A program made the position numbers and the translations under genes. DNA of 64,000 nt from a virus (taxonomy: Duplodnaviria > Caudoviricetes): the IMG/VR virus record IMGVR_UViG_3300050336_000030. One strand, written 5' to 3'. Below the pieces are notes generated by a model that worked only from the letters and a program-made list of their open reading frames with translations, was not told where the DNA came from and ran no database searches. Below, one piece after another: positions 21,234 to 32,785 of this stretch (position 1 is the first letter of the stretch; each line of letters opens with the position of its first letter).

Positions 21234-23632
21234 ATGGGAAAATCGGTATATATAGTGTTAGTTATGATAGATAGCACGGTTGAAGTTGACTCAGTATGGT
21301 GGAATAAAGTCAAGGCGAAGAAAAGAAAATCAGATATAGATGAAAATTCAGATGGAGCCGCATTGATTATTGATAAATGGGTAAATCCCAAAATTCTATT
21401 GAATTCTAAAGAATATACACAATCTAGAATTACAAAAGAAAAATTTTTAGATAGTCCGTTAATTTTTGACAATAGAGTTTTAAAGCTATTAAATTAAAAG
21501 GGGAATGTTATGACTGTCAAAGAAGCAAATAATATAATTACTGAAATTGAATACATAAGAAATGAGTTAAGTATATATACGGGAGAACACAAGGCAGAGT
21601 TAGAAAAAAGTTGTGATTTTTATACTGCTTTAAAAGAATCTTTCGACTACTTAAATGATTATAAAAAGATATTAGAAAAGAAGATTTTAGATGCAACATT
21701 AGATATATGAAATTATAGTTTTATACTATTAGAAAGGAAATTGAAAATTGAAATTAGAGTATGTTAATGATAGAAAAGGTAAACTTGAGTCTCATGAAAT
21801 TCGTATGATTGAAGAAGATGTAGATGATATATTAAACATGTTTATTGATGGATATGGAGAAGATTTGTATGAGGCGTTAATTGAATATACTAAAAACATA
21901 TTATTATTAAAAAACAAATTAGATAATCATATTGAAGAACTATTATCTGGTAATATTAAATTTATTGATAGAAGAAAAAATGAGGTTACGGTAGAGATAA
22001 TAGACAATTATTATACCGGAGAATTAACAAAAAACAATATAGATGATGTTTTGAAAAAATATAAAGAACATATACAATCAAGGTAAAATTCCACATTTAT
22101 GCAGATTTTAAGAAAGAAGGTGTAACATGAGATTTTTCTATGAGAACGGGTATGGAGATACAGGATATTTTTCTGAAAAAGATATTATAAAAGCTGTTTA
22201 TACTGCATGGAATATTGATGCTGATTTATGGTTATTAAATGATGGATTAAGAAAACTTGATCCATATAAATTTACATCAGAACAAGCTAAAATTGTATTT
22301 GCTTCACCAGAAGGATATTTATTTAATAGTGATGTATTAAAAGAATTTGGTTATTACATGAATGAAGATAATGAGATAAGAAAAATTAGTACAGATGAAG
22401 TTGTTAAATATGGTTGGTCAGAAGTTAAGCAACTAATATAGATGAAATCAGGGATTTATTATGAATGGAAAAGGAGTGGGTAATATGTATAGTGAACAAT
22501 TAAAAAGAGTAGCAAATGAACTAGAAAAATTACGATTAGGTATTTATCAAGAAACTGAATCAGAAGAATTTCACCAAGAAGTTGACGATGAGTTATTTTC
22601 TTTACAATCGCAAGTAAGGAGTGTTGCAGAAAAAGTAAGTTGGTATGAGTAAAATAACTCTTTTATCAAGAAAGGAAGTGAAAAATTTGATTTATTCAAT
22701 AATTTACATAATTATAGCATTGACTACAACCGGATTATTATATTGGTTTTTATATGATAATAACGATAGCGAGATAATAAGTATATTTGGAGGAATTGTA
22801 TTTCCTTTAACAATTATTATTCTTTTGTTTAGTTTACCAGTGTTATGTGTCAATAAAATAAAACAACGTAAAAGTTGAGTTTCATCGAGAAAGGAGTCAA
22901 GATGAAAATATATCAAATACATAAGTCAGGTGGTTGTTATGAAGATCATTATGATTATATAGAGTTTTCATATTTTGATTACAATAAAGCGGTAGAAAAA
23001 AAGGAAAAATTAGAAGCACAAGAACTAATTGAAAGAAAATGTAACGAGTGTCCATTGGAATATTGTAATGATGAGTATTGTAACGAAGATTGTGCAACTT
23101 GTTTTGAAGAAAAAAGAATGGCTGATGCAATGAAATATTGCGATAAGTGCGATATTAAATTTACTACATATGAAGATGATGAAGAACCGACACTTGGATG
23201 CGTAAATAAGGTATCTCACTGGGATGATAACTATTTTAGAATTGAAGAAGTTGATGTAATAGAATAAACAAATCAATGGTTCTATGATCTTACTTGAAAG
23301 GAGAAAATAAGGTGGAGCGATTAACTCAAAAGCAAAGTAATGGATATGACTTAATTAGAATGAATGGAGATTGGTGTAATAATTATTGTGAAAAACAAGC
23401 TATAGAAACATGTAGAGATTGTACAATATTTGAAGCAATCCAAAAGTTAGCTAAATACGAAGACTTAGAAGAAAAACTATATAGTTTATGTAGAAACGAT
23501 GACGAAAACATTGTAGAAAACATCATTAATATCTTTATTGAAACAATATTCCAGGGACAAAAACATGAAGGATTCGAAATCTTAACTAATGAAGACGCAG
23601 CTCTGTATAATGAATGGTTAAAGACAATATAG
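21234..23632 (+). other. array of small hypothetical ORFs (21234-21497, 21510-21710, 21748-22086, 22127-22441, 22461-22652, 22645-22878 membrane protein, 22875-23267, 23294-23632)
   Basis: co-oriented ORFs with SDs, mostly separated by the 18-bp palindrome. Confidence 0.7.
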
Positions 23633-23727
23633 AATGTGATTTTTATTAAGAGATAGAAATATGAAACGATACTAAAATAATCCTGCCTAAACAGATTTAT
23701 ATAAATATAACACATAAGGAGGTAAAT

Positions 23728-23940
23728 ATGATTAAATTTTATTCGACGGGCTGTCCTCAATGTAATCAAATAAAAGCAATGATGGATAGTAAAGGTATTG
23801 AATATGAATACATAACAGATATTGATGAAATTATGAATGTTGCAGATAAACACAATATTAAATCGGCTCCATTCGCTGAAGTCTTTGATGAAATCATGAC
23901 AGCATCGACATTAATAAAATATATAAACACAAAACAATAA
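23728..23940 (+). CDS. glutaredoxin/NrdH-like redoxin
   Basis: STGCPQC and SAP motifs; upstream of RNR. Confidence 0.85.
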   Translation: MIKFYSTGCPQCNQIKAMMDSKGIEYEYITDIDEIMNVADKHNIKSAPFAEVFDEIMTASTLIKYINTKQ

Positions 23941-23954
23941 TAAGGAGACAATAA

Positions 23955-25724
23955 ATGAATAGTAGTAAAACAATAGTTGAAGGATATTTAAAGAAACAAG
24001 ATTGGAGAGTAAAAGAAAATTCCAATTCTCCATATTCTTACGGTGGGCTTGGAAAACATATGATAGCTGAAGTGTCAAAAGATTATTGGTTAAGAGAAGT
24101 ATATCCTAGTTATATAGCAGAAAGATATGTAAGTGGTGATATGCACATCCATGATCTTGGAGGATTAACGTTATACTGTTGTGGATTTTCTCTAAAAAAT
24201 ATTATAACAATGGGAGTTCAGGGTATTCCTAATATTCCTACATCAAGCCCGGCAAAACATTTTGATTCTATATTAAATCAGATTGCTAACCTGGTAACTA
24301 TCTATCAAAATGAAATTATGGGTGCAGTTGCATTTTCATCATTTGACACATTATTGGCACCATTTGTTAAAAATGATGAATTAAAATATAGTGAAGTAAA
24401 ACAGTCAATGCAAAACTTTATTTTTAGTATTAACTCAAATAGCAGAGGAGGAGCTGAACCAGCGTTTTCAAATATTACATTAGACCTAACTCCTCCAAAT
24501 GATTTATTAAATGAATATGCTGTAATAGGGAGTGGATTGTTAGATTTTACATATAAAGACTGTCAAAGAGAAATGGATATGATTAATAGAGCATTTTGCG
24601 AATTAATGATTAAAGGCGATTCAAAAGGGAAGCCGTTTGCATATCCAATTCCTACTTATAATATTCATGAAAGATTTGATTGGGATAATAAAAATAATGA
24701 TCTGCTATGGGAAATGGCGGGAAAATACGGATATCCTTATTTTGCAAATTTCTTAAATAGTGATATGAAACCAGAAGATGCAAGGAGTATGTGTTGTAGA
24801 CTTAGGCTTGACCTCACTGAATTACAGAAACGTAATGGAGGATTATTTGGTAGCGGCGACAGTACTGGGTCAATTGGTGTTGTAACAATTAATTTACCTA
24901 GATTAGCATATAAAAATAAAGGTAATAAAGATGCATTTTATAAAGCATTAGATGAATTACTAATAATAGCTAAAGATAGCCTTGAAATTAAACGTATTTG
25001 GCTACAAAAGAATGTAATTGAAACAAGATTAATTCCGGCTTTCAATACTTATGTTGGCACAATGAGAAATCATTTTTCTACTATTGGAATTGTTGGAATG
25101 AATGAAATGTGTGAGAATTTCTTTGCAAATAAAAAAGATATATTGTCTGAAGATGGTAAATTGTTTGCTATAGAGGTTGGGAATCACATAAGAAATAAAT
25201 TATTAAAATTTCAAAAAGAAACCGGAAATCTATACAATTTTGAAGCAACTCCCGCCGAGTCAACTGCCTATAGGTTGGCATTAAAGGATGCTAAAGAGTT
25301 TGAAGATATTATTACGAGAGGAACTAAAAAAGCTCCATATTATACAAATAGCTGCCATATACCTGTATCCAAAGTAAAAGGAATTAAAGATACTTTTGAT
25401 CATCAAGAAGATTTACAAATTTTATTTACAGGTGGAACGGTAATACATATATATTGCAATGCAGCAATAAGTGGTGAAACCGCAAAAGAAATTATAGATA
25501 CAGTTTGTAAAAATTATAAAGTTCCTTATGTCAGTATATCTCCATTAAACAGATATTGTCCAGAACATGGATATATAGCTGATGATGTAAATGAGTGCCC
25601 TATATGTCATAGGCCAGTACAAAAGTATCAAAGAATAACTGGATATCTCAGATGTGTGGATAATTTTAATGAAGGGAAGAAAGCTGAATTCAATGAAAGA
25701 AATCAACTTAGACTCGAATATTAG
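23955..25724 (+). CDS. nrdD: anaerobic (class III) ribonucleoside-triphosphate reductase
   Basis: HIHDL, YCC, SMCCRL, EATPAES, YYTNS, RITGY glycyl-radical motif; no ATP cone. Confidence 0.95.
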   Translation: MNSSKTIVEGYLKKQDWRVKENSNSPYSYGGLGKHMIAEVSKDYWLREVYPSYIAERYVSGDMHIHDLGGLTLYCCGFSLKNIITMGVQGIPNIPTSSPAKHFDSILNQIANLVTIYQNEIMGAVAFSSFDTLLAPFVKNDELKYSEVKQSMQNFIFSINSNSRGGAEPAFSNITLDLTPPNDLLNEYAVIGSGLLDFTYKDCQREMDMINRAFCELMIKGDSKGKPFAYPIPTYNIHERFDWDNKNNDLLWEMAGKYGYPYFANFLNSDMKPEDARSMCCRLRLDLTELQKRNGGLFGSGDSTGSIGVVTINLPRLAYKNKGNKDAFYKALDELLIIAKDSLEIKRIWLQKNVIETRLIPAFNTYVGTMRNHFSTIGIVGMNEMCENFFANKKDILSEDGKLFAIEVGNHIRNKLLKFQKETGNLYNFEATPAESTAYRLALKDAKEFEDIITRGTKKAPYYTNSCHIPVSKVKGIKDTFDHQEDLQILFTGGTVIHIYCNAAISGETAKEIIDTVCKNYKVPYVSISPLNRYCPEHGYIADDVNECPICHRPVQKYQRITGYLRCVDNFNEGKKAEFNERNQLRLEY

Positions 25725-26181
25725 ATATAAAGTTATTGAATCAGAAAGGATTGAAGACGCTCCCTTTGTAGGGGCGTTGATATCCGCCATAGATTGTAAT
25801 TTTAATTGTTCTAATTGCTTTAATCAATCAATAAAAAGTTTACCTACACAAGAAAAGTCGGCGATAGAAATAATTAATTGTGTAAAAAGTAATAGTTTTA
25901 ACAAAGGAATTATATTAGCTGGATTAGAATGGACTTATTTGCAGTCATACGAAGCTATTGACTTAGCTTATAATGCAAAAGAGAATGGATTAAAAGTAAT
26001 GCTTTATACTGGAAGAAATTTCGATGACACAAAAATTCAGGCATTATTGTCAACTGGAGTTTTTGATTACATAAAATGCGGAACATATAGAGAAGAATTA
26101 AAAACAATCAATCACATAGAATATGGGGTTACATTAGCAAGCAGTAACCAACACATTTATAAACAAGGAACAGATTTCTAA
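25693..26181 (+). CDS. nrdG: RNR activase (radical SAM)
   Basis: CNFNCSNC, YTG, SSNQ; follows nrdD. Confidence 0.85.
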   Translation: MKEINLDSNIRYKVIESERIEDAPFVGALISAIDCNFNCSNCFNQSIKSLPTQEKSAIEIINCVKSNSFNKGIILAGLEWTYLQSYEAIDLAYNAKENGLKVMLYTGRNFDDTKIQALLSTGVFDYIKCGTYREELKTINHIEYGVTLASSNQHIYKQGTDF

Positions 26182-26290
26182 ACCAAGCTATGATTTGATA
26201 AAGAAATTATAAAAGATATATGAAACAAATACATAAAGAAAGGTAGAATAATCCTAGGTAAATGGTTGCGCAACCGATAAAGGTGGATTA

Positions 26291-27235
26291 TTGGGATTTA
26301 ATGTATTAAGTTTATGTGATGGAATGTCATGTGGACAGATAGCCTTAAAAGAACTTGGAATTGAAATAACTAATTATTTTGCAAGTGAAATAGAACCAAA
26401 TGCAATTAAAACAACATTAGATAATTTTCCTAATACAAAGCAATTGGGAAATGTTATGGAATACATATTAGAAATAAAAGATAATAACAAAATTATTTTA
26501 AACGAAGATAAGTTGCGAATACTTCCTAAAATTGATTTAGTAATTTTCGGTTCGCCTTGCAGGTCACTATCTAAGGCAACAGCCGGAAGAAAAGATTATA
26601 ATAACGGATTAGATGGAGTATCGTGGTTATTTTATCCGTGCAATGCCATTCTTCAATGGATAAAGAAACATAACAATCCAGAAGTTGAATTTATGGTTGA
26701 GAATGTAGATAGTAATAATAAAGAAGATTTAAATGAGATAAGCACATTATTAGGAGTTCAACCTGTATTGATTGATAGTAATTTATTTTCTGCTCAAGAT
26801 AGAAAGAGAAACTATTGGACTAATATTGATATTCCTGAATTACCAAAGGAAAATAAATTGGTTTTACAAGATATACTCGATGAAGAAGTAGATGAAAAAT
26901 ATTATTATTATCAAAGTTTTGATTTTAAAGGAGAAGATCATAAAGTAGCAGCAATATTACATATTAACGGACACGACATATTAAAACGTGTTAATAGCAA
27001 ATACTTCAAAGCTCCAACACTAACTTCGTGCAGAGGAGGTAATACACAAAAGAAAGTTTACGACAATGGAAGATGTAGAAAGCTTACACCTAATGAGTAT
27101 AGAAAACTTCAAACAATTCCTAACTGGTATATTATGAATATTGCAAATAGTAATATTTATAATATTTGTGGTGATGGATGGACGATTGAGGTAATCAAAC
27201 ATATTTTTAAAGGATTAAAAGTATACAATATATAG
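26291..27235 (+). CDS. DNA cytosine-5 methyltransferase
   Basis: SLCDGMSCG, GSPC, ENV, QDRKRNYW motifs. Confidence 0.9.
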   Translation: MGFNVLSLCDGMSCGQIALKELGIEITNYFASEIEPNAIKTTLDNFPNTKQLGNVMEYILEIKDNNKIILNEDKLRILPKIDLVIFGSPCRSLSKATAGRKDYNNGLDGVSWLFYPCNAILQWIKKHNNPEVEFMVENVDSNNKEDLNEISTLLGVQPVLIDSNLFSAQDRKRNYWTNIDIPELPKENKLVLQDILDEEVDEKYYYYQSFDFKGEDHKVAAILHINGHDILKRVNSKYFKAPTLTSCRGGNTQKKVYDNGRCRKLTPNEYRKLQTIPNWYIMNIANSNIYNICGDGWTIEVIKHIFKGLKVYNI

Positions 27236-27269
27236 TATATAAGCATTGTATAAACACAATATATTGATT
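27223..27269. promoter_or_regulatory. tandem NrdR-box-like pair
   Basis: ATACAATATATAGTAT at 27223 and ACACAATATATTGATT at 27254, 31 bp apart. Confidence 0.65.
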
Positions 27270-27317
27270 AAAAATCTTGATGAAACAGCTATTTTATACA
27301 GAGAGGAAGGAGTGTTT

Positions 27318-27614
27318 ATGACAATCGAAGAAAGATATATGAAATCTTCAGATAGAGGCGAATTCAAGTATGAAGTATTAGAAGCAGATGAATGGACTGG
27401 AAGAATCGCATTAGAAGAGTGTATTTATAACGGTAAATCAGTGGGTACAATAAGAAATAATTGTGGTGAATATGAAGTAGAAATAGACAATCTTATAAAT
27501 GATCCTGTTTATATTTTTGAAACTAGATCATCTCGAAAATTAGCTAGACAATTATTAGAGCGAATTATTAATAACGATATTTCTAATAATGGAAAGAACA
27601 ATAAATATAGATAA
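27318..27614 (+). CDS. hypothetical protein
   Basis: ATG behind AAGGAG. Confidence 0.7.
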   Translation: MTIEERYMKSSDRGEFKYEVLEADEWTGRIALEECIYNGKSVGTIRNNCGEYEVEIDNLINDPVYIFETRSSRKLARQLLERIINNDISNNGKNNKYR

Positions 27615-27644
27615 AAGTATATTTCGATAATGAAAGGAGTTTGT

Positions 27645-27959
27645 ATGTCAATTATATTAAAAAGTGATACATATCAAGTAGTTGGAATAAACAAGAAAAC
27701 TAGTGTTAAATTCTTTAAAAATCTAAAACTTGGTAGCTTAATAAAGTTTGAAGTTGAATTAAAACGAGCCGGTAGTGGTAACCATGGAACTTATGCAACA
27801 TACATAAAAGCTACAAATTTAAATACAAAAGAAACCATTGATAAATCATTTAATCAAATGGCAAGAATATTAGATAATTATGAACTTGCAGATGGTAATA
27901 GAATTAGTTTATTACCGTTTCAACCAACAGAAAAAGAAATGTTAGATTGGACAGAATAG
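27645..27959 (+). CDS. hypothetical protein
   Basis: ATG behind GAAAGGAG. Confidence 0.7.
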   Translation: MSIILKSDTYQVVGINKKTSVKFFKNLKLGSLIKFEVELKRAGSGNHGTYATYIKATNLNTKETIDKSFNQMARILDNYELADGNRISLLPFQPTEKEMLDWTE

Positions 27960-27967
27960 GAGGAAAC

Positions 27968-28690
27968 ATGGCTAGATATATGCAACGTTATGTTGGTACA
28001 TATAGGGTATTAGCTGATTATGATAAGACTAAAAATGATTTTCCTAGAGTAATGGGTGGATGTAATGAGGGAAATTTAGATCCGTCATTTGATGATTTAT
28101 ATATAGTCTGTGCATCAGGAGCGAAAATTTATCATTATGGCGGGAATAAGTTGCAAGCTTATATACCGTCAATAGGAAAAGGTCATAATATCATAAAGGC
28201 TATTTATAATGAAGTAATTGGAAATATAGAGCCGCTAGGAAATAATTATAAGTTAATATACAAGCAGCTTATGGACAATGGACTAATATTTGATATTGAA
28301 GAAACTGATATGGAGATTTTATTTAAATTTAAGGCTAATAATATTGAAACAATAGCAAAATATATGAAACCTAAAACAAGCGGTGTATCAATTTCTCCGT
28401 TCAGTAATAAGAATCTTACTCGTCAAAAGTATCATATACCATTAGAAGATTTAGCATTATATAAAGAAATTACGGCTTCAATTCCACAAGACGATTTACA
28501 CATATACATAGATATAAATAATGGTTTTTTAGGTAAATTAGCGACTAAAAAGCATAGAGATATAGACGAAATTAAAAAAGAAATTAAGACTAAAGGATTA
28601 AAGCAAAAAGAGTATTTTCATTCATTAGGGAAAGACATTTGGAATGATTATATTAAATTTATTAAAGAATTTTTAAACAAGGAGATGTAA
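27968..28690 (+). CDS. hypothetical phage protein
   Basis: ATG behind AGGAGG. Confidence 0.75.
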   Translation: MARYMQRYVGTYRVLADYDKTKNDFPRVMGGCNEGNLDPSFDDLYIVCASGAKIYHYGGNKLQAYIPSIGKGHNIIKAIYNEVIGNIEPLGNNYKLIYKQLMDNGLIFDIEETDMEILFKFKANNIETIAKYMKPKTSGVSISPFSNKNLTRQKYHIPLEDLALYKEITASIPQDDLHIYIDINNGFLGKLATKKHRDIDEIKKEIKTKGLKQKEYFHSLGKDIWNDYIKFIKEFLNKEM

Positions 28691-29221
28691 ATGAAAAGAA
28701 TAGCACAATTTTACAAAGTAAGCTTAGAACAATTTAAAAAAGATTGGTTAGATATATTTGGTGCACATGAATTTGAAGAGGGTAATTACGAGAACATATA
28801 TAATTCAATAATACTGCCTAAGAGGGCTACTCAAGGAAGTGCGGGGTATGATTTTGTTATGCCTGTAAGTTGGAAATTATTTCCCAACGAAACGCTTAAA
28901 ATTCCTACTGGAATAAGAGTAAAAATGGATGATGAATGGGTATTGAAATGTTATCCACGTTCTGGGTTAGGTTTTAAATTTAGATTGCAGCTTAATAACA
29001 CTGTTGGTATAATAGACGGGGACTACTATTTCTCTGATAACGAGGGTCATATCTTTGCAAAGATAACCAATGACACAAACGAAGATAAAGTAATAGAACT
29101 AAAACAAGGAGATGGCTTTATGCAAGGAATCTTTGTAGAATACGGAATTACAGTTGATGATGAAACAGAAGAAAAACGCAATGGAGGATTTGGAAGTAGT
29201 TCAGGAATGAATTTATTATAA
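28691..29221 (+). CDS. dut: trimeric dUTPase
   Basis: SAGYD, PRSG, GIIDGDY, RNGGFGSS. Confidence 0.93.
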   Translation: MKRIAQFYKVSLEQFKKDWLDIFGAHEFEEGNYENIYNSIILPKRATQGSAGYDFVMPVSWKLFPNETLKIPTGIRVKMDDEWVLKCYPRSGLGFKFRLQLNNTVGIIDGDYYFSDNEGHIFAKITNDTNEDKVIELKQGDGFMQGIFVEYGITVDDETEEKRNGGFGSSSGMNLL

Positions 29222-29232
29222 AAAATATAGTG

Positions 29233-29358
29233 ATAGAAATATGAAACAGTAGTTGACAAGTACGAAATAGTGTGTTAATATATATTCAACAGCAAAGGAT
29301 AATGCCTGAAGAATACTATAAAACACACTATTTTTACAAAGTAATAGTTATATGAAAC
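29233..29358 (+). promoter_or_regulatory. sigma-A promoter with flanking 15-bp boxes and an inverted repeat
   Basis: TTGACA 29253-29258, TGn-TAATAT 29276-29281; boxes at 29233 and 29344; IR 29265-29276/29322-29333. Confidence 0.8.
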
Positions 29359-29381
29359 AAAATAAATGAAAGGAGAAGAAA

Positions 29382-29744
29382 ATGCATACAAAATCAAATA
29401 ATCAAAGTTATAACGTAATAATAGTTCCAGAGGGAACAGATGAGGTGGTTAGAATTAAAGATATTGAAATACCACCAGGATATTATCAAACTAGAGTAAA
29501 GAAATATAAAATTGATAAAGTTGTAGATTACTATAGGGAGTACGGCACACTAGATAAACCTATTAGTATTGCAACTGAAATTGCACATAACAATACACTA
29601 AGAGGATGTAAAGCAAATAAACTACATCTAATTGACGAATATTCTAGATACATAGCTGCGAAGTATTATTTAAGGTTAAAAGTAGTTCCTGTAAAGTACA
29701 TAGATTTAGATACATTTGAATTTGATAATGGTAAGTATGAGTGA
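29382..29744 (+). CDS. ParB/Srx-like small protein
   Basis: G..KPISI...LIDEYSRYIAA...VPV resembles the ParB N-terminal motif. Confidence 0.55.
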   Translation: MHTKSNNQSYNVIIVPEGTDEVVRIKDIEIPPGYYQTRVKKYKIDKVVDYYREYGTLDKPISIATEIAHNNTLRGCKANKLHLIDEYSRYIAAKYYLRLKVVPVKYIDLDTFEFDNGKYE

Positions 29745-29987
29745 TATGGAACGAAAGGATGAATGTATGAACAAATATTTTATAGCATTTGCATTTACCG
29801 ATAAAAACAACATACCTCGTTTTGGAAATTGTTTTTATACATGTAATAAAAATATAGAAGACGTTGAGTATTTGAATATGGTCACGCAAGATATTTCTAA
29901 GGCTAATAATATTCAAGATGTTGTTATAATGAATTACAATAAAATATAGTTAAAATGAGGTTTTGGTTGTGAGTTAGGAGGTGAAAT

Positions 29988-30551
29988 GTGAAGATAATAT
30001 TTTTAGATATTGATGGTGTTCTAAATGGATACAATAAATGGACATATCGAATAATTAATATTTCTAAGGTATTACATATTCCAACAAAAATAATAAGAAA
30101 TACCTTAAGGATATTCGAAGTAAAAGAAAAGTACGTTAAGAGACTAAGCAAAATTGTTAAAAATACTGGAGCAAAAATAGTAATGTCAAGTTCTTGGAGA
30201 CATGGATATTGGAACACTCCATATGAAGAAAAGTATAGAGATCAAAAAAGACTACATGATTTACTAGATAAATATAGTTTGGAAGTGATAGATATTACCC
30301 CTAGCAGTAAAAATGGAAAACGAGAAGACGAAATAAATCAATGGCTCCGTGAGACGAAATTTGCAATAGACAGCTTTGTAATACTAGATGATGAGTCTTA
30401 TGATTTACAATCGTTTATTGGAAAAGAGTTAGTTAAAACAAGTAAGGTAATAGACGGTGATATGATTAAAGGACTCCCATATGAAGATACTGGATTAAAA
30501 AGAAGTCATGTTAAACAAGCAATAAAAATACTAAATCGTAGGGAGAATTAA
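29988..30551 (+). CDS. HAD phosphatase (Swiss-army-knife RNA-repair HAD-like)
   Basis: IFLDIDGVLN, SSSWR, REDEI..WL, FVILDD. Confidence 0.85.
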   Translation: MKIIFLDIDGVLNGYNKWTYRIINISKVLHIPTKIIRNTLRIFEVKEKYVKRLSKIVKNTGAKIVMSSSWRHGYWNTPYEEKYRDQKRLHDLLDKYSLEVIDITPSSKNGKREDEINQWLRETKFAIDSFVILDDESYDLQSFIGKELVKTSKVIDGDMIKGLPYEDTGLKRSHVKQAIKILNRREN

Positions 30552-30556
30552 TTGAT

Positions 30557-31543
30557 ATGATAGCTAAAGCAACATTAAAACGGGCTTTACCTGAGATAGA
30601 AGAAGAATATGCAACAGCAAGAGATTTGTTTGATGAAGCATGGCATAGAAAATATAATGGAGTCCAAACTGATTTTGATGATAAATATTGTCATTTGGCT
30701 GTGAAATTAATTCAAACATTAGGATATCTTATTGATGCTGCGGATGAAGATTTATAGGAAAGGAGTAGCTAATGTTTAGAGCTAGAAAGTTAAAATTTCA
30801 TCACGGAAGAATGAATAAAGACGGAATACATATAGAAATGCTAAAAGATATATCTATGTTTACGGAGTACATGATGGCATTATGCACAGAATCTAATAAA
30901 ACAGTTAAAACGCAATTTATTAATGTTAAAGTAGATGCATACGACAATTGGATTATTAAAATAAAGACTAAAAATAAAGATTATTTCAATATAATTATTC
31001 AACGGTTTATTAAACATTTTGGAGAAGTAATTACTGAAATTGAGTTCTGAATAAATTTAAGGTATCTATCAAAACTTTAGAAAGGAAAAATTAATAATGA
31101 AAGACGAAAAACAGCGTATGTACGCATATTATGAAAATATGATGAAAAATAAATGTTATACAAGAGGTATAGATGATAGCAAGACTAAAAGCAAAGTATT
31201 AGCTACCAAAAGAGAAAATTATTTTAATCCAGATGATTGTTATTTTGCTTATGTCAGTGAATTACCATTTGGAACTTGCTATGTTGATTCAGAATAATTT
31301 GATCAAAGATACAATTTATTAAGAAAGGAGAATCAGATGAACGAAGATAGATTGATTGGTTCATTCGTTATTAATAACAATTCATATTTTGAGTATCCAG
31401 ACGGGACTAAAATTTATTTAAACGAAATTATTATTGATGCTTATAAGAGTAAATTAAAAGACTATTGTAATAATTGCAGTTATATGATGAATGATTGTGA
31501 TATTAATGGAAAGTGTAAAAAATTCAGCCCACTATATAAATGA
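30557..31543 (+). other. small hypothetical ORFs (30557-30757, 30772-31050, 31097-31297, 31337-31543)
   Basis: co-oriented ORFs with SDs. Confidence 0.65.
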
Positions 31544-31573
31544 TGTATTTGAAATAGAATTGAAAGGAGTAAT

Positions 31574-32785
31574 ATGAAAGCAATTAGAACAGAAATACAT
31601 ATACTTAATCGGGGTCACCCTATGTGGAAATCCTGTGATGAATTATGTTTTCAATCAAAAAATATGTATAACCTGTGTAATTACACGATAAGACAAGAGT
31701 TTATATCTAGTGGTAAAGTGATGAAATATGGTGACCTGAATAAGATTCTTAAAAAAACAGATACGTTTAAAGAACTTGGATCAAATTCCGCACAAATGGT
31801 TACTCAAATATTATGTAAATCGTGGAAATCATTTCTTGTAGCGGTTAAAGATTACGCAAAAAATCCTGATAAATATTTAGGAAAACCAAGAATACCAGGA
31901 TATAAAAAGAAAGATGGTAGATTTATTTGTACACTAACAAATTGTCAAACAAGAATAATTGATGGCTATTTACATTTTGGATTTAAACGATTGCATCCAT
32001 ATAATAAAATGTTTAAAACAAAAGTTGATGGATATCATTTATCAACTAGAATAGTTCCAAGTGGCGGTTGTTACGTACTAGAAATAGTTTATGAAAAAGA
32101 AATAGAACAACTAGACTTAAACAAAAATAATATTGCATCGATAGATTTAGGAGTAAATAACTTTGTAACAATGGTAAATAACATAGGCATAAAACCTATT
32201 GTTATTAATGGCAGAGGTATTAAATCTTATAATCAATACTGGAATAAACAAATTGCAAAATATCGAAGCGTTCTAAAGAAAACAAATAAACTCGATTGGA
32301 GCAAACGACTTCAAAGGATGACGGATAAACGTAATTTCAAGATGGATTACTTCACGCATTGTGCTTCTAAGTATTTAGTTTGGTATTGTATTAACAATGA
32401 TATTGGAACGATTGTTGTTGGTAAGAATAATAGATGGAAACAAGAAAGTAAAATGTCTACTACAAACAATCAGAAGTTCATTCAAATACCATATGATTTG
32501 TTTATTAAAAAGTTGAAATACAAGTGTGAAGAAATAGGTATAAACATCATTGAAAATGAAGAAGGATATACTTCTGGAACATCTTTCTTAGACAATGAAG
32601 AACCTATTAAATCAAATTACAATAAGTCAAGAAGAATACATAGAGGATTATTTGAGAGCAACAATGGTATTAAAATAAACGCAGATTGTAATGGTGCATA
32701 TCAAATAATGCGGAAAGTATTCTCAAATGTAAACGCAAATGAGATAGTGGATGTACATTTACATCCGGTAATTATAAATCTTTAA
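31574..32785 (+). CDS. tnpB: solo TnpB RNA-guided nuclease (rearranged RuvC, no Zn finger)
   Basis: SIDLGVNN (RuvC-I), IVVG without E, EEGYTS, NADCNGAYQI (RuvC-III). Confidence 0.88.
   Translation: MKAIRTEIHILNRGHPMWKSCDELCFQSKNMYNLCNYTIRQEFISSGKVMKYGDLNKILKKTDTFKELGSNSAQMVTQILCKSWKSFLVAVKDYAKNPDKYLGKPRIPGYKKKDGRFICTLTNCQTRIIDGYLHFGFKRLHPYNKMFKTKVDGYHLSTRIVPSGGCYVLEIVYEKEIEQLDLNKNNIASIDLGVNNFVTMVNNIGIKPIVINGRGIKSYNQYWNKQIAKYRSVLKKTNKLDWSKRLQRMTDKRNFKMDYFTHCASKYLVWYCINNDIGTIVVGKNNRWKQESKMSTTNNQKFIQIPYDLFIKKLKYKCEEIGINIIENEEGYTSGTSFLDNEEPIKSNYNKSRRIHRGLFESNNGIKINADCNGAYQIMRKVFSNVNANEIVDVHLHPVIINL

Noticed and set aside
9260-25724. Inteins or introns in dnaE or nrdD
   Set aside because: Both ORFs are continuous, of normal length and lack splicing motifs.
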